A DNA stretch of 64,000 bases, taken from positions 12,090,001 to 12,154,000 of the forward strand of contig CM120645.1 in NCBI GenBank assembly GCA_051362555.1, read 5' to 3'. Source of the DNA: Lingula anatina. Its lineage: Eukaryota; Animalia; Brachiopoda. Made by a program: the position numbers and the translations under genes. A model generated the notes under the pieces. That model was not told the DNA's origin. It saw nothing but the letters and a program-made list of their open reading frames with translations, and searched no databases. This document shows, one piece after another, positions 41,801 through 52,308 of this stretch; within the stretch, counting starts at the first letter, position 1, and each line of letters starts with the position of its first letter.

Positions 41801-44800
41801 CTTATGAATCTTAAACTCAGTCAGTATCAGCATACTTTAACTTTTGCATGTGCTTTGAATTCTATCAAAGTCAAGGTACTTTTTTCGACATTATGTAACT
41901 ATTAATATGATATATCGAAACCGATAACACTTAAAAGTACATGTGCGTGTCTCACTTTCAGACACTAGGTAACGCCTCTCTAGCACTCGTCACTCCAAAC
42001 GACACAGCCTCCCGGCCCGCCGACGACTCTGAGGTCCAGAACGCCAGTGCCACGATGAACATCCGTGAGAGGCACCAATGGCAGCTGAACATCACCCTGG
42101 ACGACACGACCACGGCGATGACCGTGACCATCCGCACTCCTATCATTGACGGCGAGGCGCAGTTGACATTGCGCGGTGCTTGGTGGACGTACTTTGGGAG
42201 TAACATCGTGTGTGGGCATAGGTATAACTTTACGGCCGTCAACAGCTCCACGCACTCTACGTCACAGATAGACACGATGGTCGTAGACCTCGGGATTTTA
42301 ATGAATGCTGGTAGGTTGTTGATGAATAAGGAGAGATTTATGTAGGCCTATTCTGAGGTAATATATGTACTGGGGAATATGCTTGTTTGCTTTATTTCTG
42401 AAAAAATGGATTACTTCTGTTGCTCACTTTATCAGTTATATTACGTAGCTTATACAAAAGCTTTGGGGCGGCACAGTATGGTTACACATGTAGAAGGGGC
42501 ATGAACATTTTTCACCATGAGCGTTCTGTCACAAGGTTCCTCATTGTATTTAGATTTCGATTTGACTGTTCGCAACTAATGTGAATTGTCCAAAAGATAC
42601 ATTGAATTTAGACAGAATTGAGAATCTCTTTTAACATCTTTCCTCAGGTTCCAGCAAACGCTACGAGCAAAGATGGCGTAAAGAAGATCCCCTAGACAAC
42701 GTCCTTCAGTTGACCTTTGAACTTGAGCTTACTGATCACGCGAACAACACGCACATGTCAAACATGGAGTTCACAGTAGAGGCAACGTACGGCCTACAAG
42801 GGGAGAAATCCACCTCCGTGAACGGCTCCGTTACGCCGATTCACCATGGTGCCGAGGTGCCGATTTTGGACCTCACACACTGGATCAGCCCCATTAATGA
42901 TTCCTACGAGCTGAACCCAGGGTAAGCACCGTTAGCCACATGTATATTGTTTTAGTTATGTGTATATATGCAAGTGAATCCCTTTTATAATAATGATGAT
43001 GAAAGTATAATAATTAAGTTTAAGTATAAAATCCAAAAAAAAATGTTCAATAAACTTTACAATTTCATTTTAATATTAAAAAAACAATGTGGGAGGAGAA
43101 TTTTGGTAATACTCGCAAAATATACCGATCCAGAAAAGAACTGTACGTTATCTCTGTGATCCACCATTGCTGTCAAATATTCAGGCTCTAGGCCAAACGT
43201 TTCTCTTTCAGCGATCAAATACAACTGTACGCCCGTTTGTCGCACTTCGACAACTCCACCGCTGAGGCCAGCAATGTCACCCTGGTACTGCAGACGATGA
43301 GCGCCTCGTCCGTGGTCTTGTCGTCATGGAGTGGAAGGGAACCGTCTGTCACTTACAACCATGGAGAGATGACCTTCGTACACGTACGTGAATTGTAAAA
43401 AATTCAATTCTTTAAGTAATGTCAGGAGTTGAAAGGGTTAAATTTGATACGAACTTGCTTATACAGTCTACTGCAATCTAGATAGTCTTATATAGTCTAC
43501 TGCAATCTAGAAAAGCACCGAGTCACAGGGAGCGCAGACCTCAGACATGTAAGGAACTCGATTATCTTTATTAATTAATAAAACAATTAATTATACAATA
43601 GATTGAGCACCACCCAATGTAATCGGTTTACCCATTTCTGACCAATTTCACCAAAATCCGTCCATATCCATAAGAGTAAGGCTGTTAACTAACAAACTAA
43701 TAAGGGAAAAACATAACCTTCCTGTCGATCGCTACAAAGATAGAAGCATAAAACCAGTCATTTCTCATTTATACTTTAGCCGATATATCCATATGGAGTT
43801 GGAGCACTTTTTTTCTTTAATACTATCTTTATATCAAACATAGTTTTTTATTACAGTGGGATCGTCTGTTGTTCAACGACGTGAATGATCTGGTTTTCAA
43901 CATCACGTTGGATCCTAACAAGGTATTGGCTAAGGGGACGCGGACTGTTCACGTTGTTATTCCTGCTGACGTCAGCGTACAGTATGAGGACCATTCTACG
44001 CCAGTGTACGACCTGGTTTGGCAGGACACGTCCAGTGTGGATGTGGAGTTTGACTTTTTTGTACCAGGTAAAATTAATGCTTCATTTAAATAAGTATGCC
44101 CTGTGTTTTCTAAATGGCTGTGCATGGTACTGTTGAAAAGCTGATGATAAGAGCGAAATTAAATAGATTTTCTTATAGTTTGGGTTACTTGGGATATATC
44201 TTCTTGTTCCTGTTATAATGAAAGCAATTCCGATTGTATTGTATTAATCGTATTTCTACAAGCAAACTTTCCCTGAAGGCTTGTACATAATATTTCCAGC
44301 TCCTGCAATTAGAATAATAAAAACGAAGCGTCATTTAAACACATTCATGCATACGTCACAGAAGTTATGTATCTTGCGACCAAAATGAAAATGCCGATTT
44401 TTTCTATACTCTTAGAGTGTTTCCTCCCCTTGGGCATGGAAAGTGGCGCCATTGCAGACTGTCAGATCACGGCTTCTTCCTCTCTGCCCAACCAAGTACC
44501 CACGGATGCCAGACTGGGGTCCAATACCGCCTGGAGGCCTGCTTTCAGGAGCTGTAACGGTTCCAACGATGCTGGGGATTACTTACAGGTTTGTATGGAG
44601 TTTGCGGAACATGATATATACTGAATGTAGAGAACGGACTGCAGTATATACTGAATGCGGGAAACTTGAAGCTATCATGTTGAAATGAGTTCATCAGTTT
44701 GGGAATGATTTAAGGTCTCAGATGGTTTTTGTCACAACCTTTCATTTTACAACGTTTTCCACTGGTGACACAAACGACATCTAATGACTTCAGTGAAGAC

Positions 44801-47404
44801 TGAGGAAGTTGCTAGGTTGGCATCGAAATGTGTCCGTGAGTGTTATGAAATATTAGTTTGCAGTGGCGAATCCGGAGATATTTTCTGACAGTCTTCCAAA
44901 TAATCTTTGTTGCGCCATCCCTCATTTTTGACCGTCTTCCGACAGAAAAATTAGATACCCGTCAATGTAAACTTGAAAATTTGACTAAATCCGCCCCTGG
45001 TTTGTGATGATAGAAGAATCTGAGACCTAAAGCCGACATTATACACCTGTTAATCTGATTGCACACAGCAAGAGTTAGTGCGCATAAGTAAGGTCGGCAT
45101 AGCTTATTATGAATGGTCCCTAACGTACACTCAAAGTAGATTCGCGTATTTTGGATTTTTAAAATAATTTCAGGTCGCACTGATAAATAACACCAAACTG
45201 ACAGGCCTAGCCATACAGACGGACGGCGATGACGCCTCAAGCTACGTCACCACATTTACTTTACAATACAGTTATGAGGGATTGGTATGGTATGACGTCA
45301 TGGATGAAAACACAGGGCTTACAAAGGTAAGGCGTCACTTTTGCATTTTTTTTTTTGTTCTTTTTGTTCTTAATTTCTACGAAATAAGCAGATTTATTTC
45401 AAATGTAGCACCAACTGAGCATTTCAGTTTAAGCAAAAGCTTTTTAATAAATAGGGTTTGTTGTCAGTTACATATTCTGCAAGCTAAAATTGGCATGCTA
45501 TTCAAATCACGTATTCAACAAAAAACGACCAAACGCTGAAGTAACAAAACTGCTTTCTGCTTTCTTCCAGTACTTTGTTGTAAATGTAAACGGAAGTGCA
45601 GACCAAGAGGCCATTTCAGGTTGGTCGCCGACACCCGCCACGACTGACGACGTATTCTACGTCCCCGTCTACCCTAGCGTCACGGGGAGATATATCCGCA
45701 TTATACCTGTGAGCAGCAGCAATAACCACTCGGCTCTCAGGGTGGAGCTGTATGGCTGCAGTGCGCCGCAGTCGAGTGTGTTTACTATAAATGGTAAGTG
45801 CCAGTGTCTCGTAAACCTTTTTCTAATTTTGACAATTTTGATTATTCTTCGTATCTTGATTTGTTTTCAGTTATGTGCCTTTGTAACAGTGATAAATTTC
45901 ACCCGTATAATAAAGATATTAAGAAAAAAATTGATATGTACTATTTTAGACTTAGAAGAGTGCCAGGGAGTAAACTCTGCTATTAAACCGTCGTTTCAAC
46001 GCGGCTACCTTGTGTCTCAAATTGACGGTACCATTTTCGTGTGCACGATGGTTGGAGTCGAGTAAGTAGCTTCCACTTGTAAGACTTTGAGACGATGAAA
46101 CATTCTAAGGCAGCTTATCAGTTTAGCCGCTTATCAGGAAAATTTTATCGTTTTTATACTATAAAGACAACCGGAACATCTACACATACATGTATACTAA
46201 ATATCAGGTGGAGTCCTTTATTGTAAATTTATTTTTCTTTTTCAACTTTTTGTAATAAGTTTCTTTATATTGTAACTAGATTAAATGCAGATTTATGATA
46301 ATATAAATACATGTTACATGGTGGCATGCTTTGTGTAAAGGCTTGTTTGTGGTTTGTTTCAGTGCCGGTGTATACTGCTCAAGGTCTGAAGATGCTGGCG
46401 CTGGATGGACGTGTGAGTTTCCAAGAACATGTTTAATGTTTATCCTAACGTTTAAGTGTATCAGCGCTGAAGTAATGATATATAGTCATATATAATTGCA
46501 ATCTAGGCTAACGCTCTCTTATTTCTTTTGGTAAACATTTAAACTTTTTATTATGTTATGGGTAAAGGCCAACTGAAGTGCTTGGAAAAGGCTCACCCAC
46601 TGTCTAATAACGATTGCTTAATTTCTTTGTTTTAGGCATGGACAATATCGTTTCAAACATCCTTTTACAACTAAACTCCACTGGCTCCCTCTATGGACTA
46701 GACCGCGAGCTACGCACGTACCTGCGTAGTGACGACAGTGGTGACACCTGGGAGGCAGTATCTGACGAAGAGTATAATGCAGCTTCCTCCAGCAATGACG
46801 CCGTTCACGTCATCGGGGTACCTTACGCACTCGACTTGGCTGCTGATACTACACAAAACCTGTTCTCAACTTCGGGGACGACTTATGGTGGAGTGCTATA
46901 TGGGGGTAGGTGGACGTCTATTTTTTGTTCTGTAAAATTCGATTTATTCATTTATTTATTAATTTGTTCATTCATGTAATGTAATTCTGAGTGTATTATA
47001 TTTACCGTTCCTACTAAATTAAAGTATTTTGGTCTTTTTGTTTGACTTATTACTGAGAACAGAGATTCGATTTATTCTTCTGTGCTTTTCAATTCGAATA
47101 ATTATAGAACAAAATTATTTCATCATGAGCGTGCAAAATAGATTTATAATAACTTGGTTTATTTTCTGACTCCCAATTATGAATCATCAGTCGTTAAAGA
47201 AAATATACAGTACGATTTTCCACATTTTCATGCATTAAACGTCTTATTCATTCATTTGTGTATTTAATTAATTATTTATTTGTTTATATTTCAGTATCGT
47301 GTGCCGGTGTGATGAAATGGGCCTCAGCCAGTGAGAGAGACGCTCAACAGAACGACGAAACCTCCCTGGCCAGCGCTGCCATTGCCCTCTGGAACGAACA
47401 TTAA
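23622..47404 (+). CDS. Giant secreted protein (2008 aa, 31 exons): signal peptide-EGF-cadherin-furin site-~7x ~165-aa repeat-F5/8C (discoidin)-Asp-box region
   Basis: Manually spliced GT-AG exons: 23622-23679, 26854-26983, 27523-27614, 29607-30277, 30610-30741, 31020-31163, 31382-31603, 31950-32133, 32549-32674, 34373-34563, 34927-35160, 35437-35685, 36014-36158, 38017-38224, 38576-38729, 39020-39140, 39669-39842, 40379-40575, 40848-41192, 41479-41631, 41962-42310, 42648-42921, 43212-43383, 43857-44067, 44416-44588, 45174-45326, 45571-45793, 45950-46061, 46363-46412, 46636-46905, 47295-47404. All intron phases are compatible and the total is 6027 nt with a single terminal TAA. The protein starts MLLRMSTFLVAVTLLAVST and ends AAIALWNEH*. 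Confidence 0.85.
27523..27614 (+). other. EGF-like domain exon of the giant gene
   Basis: Encodes (LCK)NTRAVSCEHGICEENRCTCEPCWAGVTCDTP, with EGF cysteine spacing. Confidence 0.8.
29607..30277 (+). other. Cadherin-like domain + acidic linker + furin site exon
   Basis: Shows the cadherin hallmarks NNHAPLF, VKAADGD, YSILSGNEDGLFTINQNTGEI and KLVVGARN. The exon ends in RRKRSA. Confidence 0.8.
34112..34315. repeat. Diverged direct repeat (~65-bp unit, ~138-bp spacing) in an intron
   Basis: ataagatggtagttctattttcatgaaacaacactcaaagtgacttaggtattctgac versus ataagatggtagttttatctttaggaaacaattctcaaaaggactttggtattctgag. Confidence 0.7.
38757..38835. repeat. (ATT)n(GTT)n(ATT)n trinucleotide microsatellite
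   Basis: Directly visible in an intron. Confidence 0.9.
44416..45793 (+). other. F5/8 type C (FA58C/discoidin) domain, three exons
   Basis: CFLPLGMESGAIADCQITASS...ARL...AWRP...YLQV...TGLAIQ...YVTTFTLQYS..G..W...GRYIRIIP...ALRVELYGC is the canonical FA58C motif series. Confidence 0.92.
44861..44999. mobile_element. Short MITE with CAG...CTG termini and 5-bp target duplication
   Basis: cagtggcgaat...aatccgcccctg, flanked by gtttg on both sides (44856-44860 and 45000-45004). Confidence 0.65.
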
Positions 47405-50400
47405 ATCACTTTACCGTAAGGGGAGCATATCGTTTGTCATTTGAAATGAGTGCCAGAGGACGCTTATTATCCGTATTATACATTTGTATATATCTATGCT
47501 GAACAGCAACAAACAAAACAAAAAAAGAACTGTGATTTGGGATTTCGTTTCTCGGGCTGTGATTTAGAGACAAACTTATTCTGGAAAAGCTATTCTGAAT
47601 AATTGTAAATTGATAGGATATTACTTAATACGAAAGATACATGCTGACCCAACGTGCCCAACAGAAGATAAACGCGCTTGAATTGGTGTACTTATTATTG
47701 CATTTTGCATTGGTTTAAACTCGACAGATGACAATTTGTCGTCAGCAAAACGTCTGTTCTATTTTTTTTTTTTTTTATGAATGTTTGGCCATATTTACTT
47801 TTTATTGTTTTGTATTTATTATTGAACTAAAACCCTTAGTGTTTCAGTCCTTTAGTAGTATATCTGTAATATATATCCAAGTCTTTTTGATTTATGGTTG
47901 TTTTATTTCATGTTCTAAACTACACTATTGCACATGTGATCACAACCGACAACTATGCATTAGTACAAGTTTTGTTTTCGGTTTTCTATGCCGCCCGACT
48001 GAGTCCCATACTCCTATGAGTGCCTTATGGATTTCCCGTCCGTCCGCTGGAGCATTTCGTACCTTTCACTTTTACTAGTTATGTGTCCTGCTTAACGTAG
48101 ACGTAGAGAGCTGTAGCCATGACTTTATCAAACGCTTTTTACTTGTGTTTCTTTTCTCTTCATCTGCTGATTCAATAGCACATTGCTTGACCATGGTTTA
48201 GAAACATAATATCATGTTTACCATTATATGGATGACTTGGAAACAAACTGGCGTGAGTATTCTGGAATCGTCCGATGGATTTAATTTGCGGGTCTTTTTG
48301 TGATAATCGATTTTAGTGCATCTAAATGCTAATTACTCGTCTTCATTCTCAAACAGTCTTTGTTGAATATAAAACTTTTAGCATATGTGGCGACAGTTTC
48401 GCTTTAACTGTGTGATAAGATTGGAAAGCTGATTTCTCCAAGTGCCAGCAGGCTTTTTAAAGCATTCATAAATAAATGTGACATGAACTTTTCTAAATGC
48501 CTTACTTAAAGTTATTTTTGTATACATTTCCCTTGTAAATTGCTGTCTTAGTACGTTAGTTTAACACCATATCAGTTTGCGTTTCGTTGAAATTGCCGAG
48601 GAGCTGCACCTAATTATTAACATATTTTGCACATATATATGTATACATAGATACAGTGTGATTTTTTTCCTAAGTGTATTAAATTCGGAAATGGTTTACA
48701 ACATCTCAAGCCGTTAAAGAGACACATGTGAGTTAAATATTGCCAAAATTGTTCTCGGTGTATTTCAATATGACATAATAAATTTATTTTGACGTAGCAA
48801 CCGACTGTATCTTCTTAATTATTTACCATTGAGGGGCATATACTATAATTCCATTACACTACACTATGAGTAATAGCGGGTGGTAAGACAGTAATATCAT
48901 TATGTGAGATGATCTGTTTTCTGTGATATGGGTGTCAAATGTGCCAAGCTATCGATTGATCTGAAAGCATTTTGTAAACAAGGACTTATAGCATCATAGG
49001 ATAAAACAAGTCAAATTAACACAATTTACTATTGCGGTCAACCTGCCATTACATGAGTTTGCATTTTCTATTTCGTTTCTACACGAGTTTTGTTGTGCTG
49101 TCAACAATGCTGGCGTGGCAGGAATGTTAGGCCTAGGAATGGAAGTCGGGGTCCCTTATGATTTGTACAGGCTAGGAATATTGGGGTCAGTATATGGGAC
49201 GAGTGTCACCTTTGCAAAATAATGAGGGAACAACTATGGTTCCTAGCTGGCTACCATTCCTGTTACCCCGGCTAACTGTTCAGCATTGATATGACGTCAG
49301 CATTGCTGCAGGTGTGATTCTTAACTACAGCAATACATAAGTACACGCACAGCAGGCGACCCAGACAGGTTGGCCATTTCACAGATTGGATTAAGTTAAT
49401 TGGGTAAACAGAGGCGTGTGTGTAGAAAAGATTTTGTTACACAAAAATGAGCGACCAAAAGTATTTTGATCCATCTTTTCTGATGCAGCATGTAGGTAAA
49501 CTTTATATCTAATCCTTGTAATTGTTCTATATTGTAATTAAATTTGTTTTATATGTTTGCTAGCAATATCAGAAAAAAAGTATGGCCTTGCATTGATTTA
49601 TTTGTGAATCAAAGTTCAAAATTTCAAAAAATAATGATTTGCAAAAATAAAACAGCAATATCAAGTAATAATTCACAAAACACCCTTGTCTCGAGGACTT
49701 GACTTCTAATCTTAGTTCCAAGAAAGAATACATATAGCCTAAACTACAAAGAACCTGTAAAGCATATTGTTCATTAACAACTACATTATCAGACACGACC
49801 ATGTAGTCACTGTCCCTGAGGGACAGGACAAGAACTACTAAGATTACAGCCACTCAAGAGGGACATTGATTTAACGTGAAGACAAACACATTGACTTTCT
49901 GTGACTGCATGGTGCCGCAAGGAGTTATTTGTGTTTGTCTAGTATGGTGGATCCCCGGGTGGGTCATTATATGGTTGCTGTACCCCTTCACTTCATATAT
50001 ATAACGCAGTTTATTCCGTCTCACTGAAGGGCGGCAATACACCAGATGGCCACGCCAGAATAGTTCAGGTATACATTGGCGTAATGCGTGTTATTCTGCA
50101 TTATGTACAAATTGACCGCCTCTCTCAGTGATCCTACCTTCGACAGGTTTATTTTCAGTAAGCTCACTCATACACAAAATTTAACAATCTAGGTTGTTCA
50201 AATAGCATTGAATACTCCCAGTGTGACAGAAACATGGTTTGTGTCATATTAATTGATTATATGTCTCAGCTGGGTTAATATCAATACATTCATGACAGTG
50301 GAGGCAGTGGTGCCAGAACAAACTTTACGTCAAAGATCATGCTCGTGTTGTTATATGTTTTAGTACAAACTCAGTAAATTGGAGAGTAAGTAACTAGCTT

Positions 50401-51617
50401 TGAGGATCTTTTGATAACGTATTTACAACGCCTTATCTGTTTTTTTTTTCACATTTGTGCTTACAATAATCGTGCTTAAAAATAGCTCATTTAAAATGGA
50501 ATCCAGCATCATTGACCACAAATTTTTTCGCAATTGATCTGAAACAAGCACTCCAAATAGCCCAATTTCAAGTAAGAACTGGGTGTCAGGGAACGTACGG
50601 TGGCTTGTTGTGGAAAATGGATGGTTGTGTAATTTTAGGTTTTAAAAGCAATAACTGAGTTGCATAATACCAAACGAGGTGGAGGTCACGGGGACCTTGG
50701 TTCTATTTTAATCGGATGTTGTACAAATTTCGGCTGCTAACTACTAGTATTTGAATAACATACAGGGTATACGAGATAAGGTCTGAATTTCTCTCAATGT
50801 ACAGCAATGGGTTTTTTCTTTTCCATGCGAAACAGAAGGTATAAAACGAAATATTTTCTTGCACCTTACAGTTTTCGCAGAGGAAAATCTGAGCAAAGAG
50901 TGTCCCTCCTGGGATTTTCTTTGCAAAAGAATACTTGTCTGCCTTCACCTCTAGCACGGTCTACCTCACACGGTAAAAGCTTTTAAATATGTATCCCACT
51001 TGGATCAATAATGCTTTTAACTACACAGATCTCCGAGAAACGATATCATTTGTCGCCGAACAAAAGGTGTATCGATCAAGTTATTAGCGCCACGGAGGTT
51101 TTGATGTGTGTGAATACAAGAGACAAACGACTGTAAAGCATCTCTGTTGATACCCCGCTGACGTCACCACGCCACATATCTTGTTGACAGACAGCATCGA
51201 CTCGTCTCTCTGGGAAAAGAGGCAGAAAGTCAGAAGAAGTAGACCCAACGACAATCGGAGTCAAAGGCGGGTGAATCAGATGCCATTATCTGTACAAGGG
51301 TATTGAGGACGTACAAATTTACGTACCATTCTAGGTTAGTGTCTTCGCTGTGTTGAACTTCATCTAACAAGGTCTAAGGCAGACGAGGACCGAAGCTAAA
51401 AGGGACGTTAAGGAAAAGAAAGATTAACTATTTACCAAGGGATATTCCAAACCACAGTACGTTGTATCGCTTGTCGTAGATTAGACATACTTCACGCTGG
51501 ACTGACGACATCTGGAGGTAAGTGTATTTGATAACTCCTTGGGCGTCAGGATAGAAAGGACTGTGATAAATATTTAGTTGTTGGTTTAGATGGCTTATTT
51601 CATCCCCACATACAGCG

Positions 51618-52186
51618 TGGTCCATAAAAAACCTTTTGCACTTCCCATCTCAATTTTGATATAATAAAGATATTTCCAACTTTCCTTCACCAAATTATTC
51701 CATAAGAATGGCCATTATATCCTTGCCAATTCTGCAGAAATTGGAAACCTTGAAGGTAGTCTTTCAATCATCATCATCTCACCTCGCACGGACTTTCTTT
51801 GGCCACCCTTCTCACCAGGTCTCAATCCCCCAGATTTCTTCCTTCTTAGGGAAAGAATCTATGCTTAAATCCACAAACTCTAGACACTTTGATGACCAAC
51901 GTAAAAAGAGAAGTAAGGAACAGACCCAACTGACATGACTGCAAGAGTCATTGCCAATTTCAGTGTTCGTGTGGCTGTCGTCATTCAGCACAGAAGAGCG
52001 GGGATAGATCACATTAACAATTATTGAAATTTGATTACCTTAAAGGTTTCCAATTTCTGCAGAATTTGCAAGGATAAAATGGCCATTCTTATGGAATAAT
52101 TTGGTGAAAGAAAGTTGGAAATATCTTTATTACATGTATATCCACAAAATTTATATTAAAATTAAAATAGGTCATTTTATGGACCA
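51618..52186. mobile_element. Non-autonomous element with long (~150 bp) terminal inverted repeats
   Basis: taataaagatatttccaactttccttcaccaaattattccataagaatggccatt...ctgcagaaattggaaacctt (51663-51750) is mirrored at 52044-52131. The outer ends are tggtccataaaa / ttttatggacca. Confidence 0.8.
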
Positions 52187-52256
52187 TAATCTCTGTTGGC
52201 AAATATTAAACGGGCAAAGCAACCATCGTGATTATACACAGGTTCTACAATTCATG

Positions 52257-52258
<2 letters not shown>

Positions 52259-52306
<48 letters not shown>
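52259..52306. repeat. (AT)n microsatellite
   Basis: Directly visible. Confidence 0.9.

Positions 52307-52308
<2 letters not shown>

Noticed and set aside
43590-43725. Sequence resembling the end of a common invertebrate interspersed repeat (ccaatttcaccaaaatccg...aaacataacctt)
   Set aside because: The resemblance is from memory only, and neither boundaries nor a TSD could be defined.
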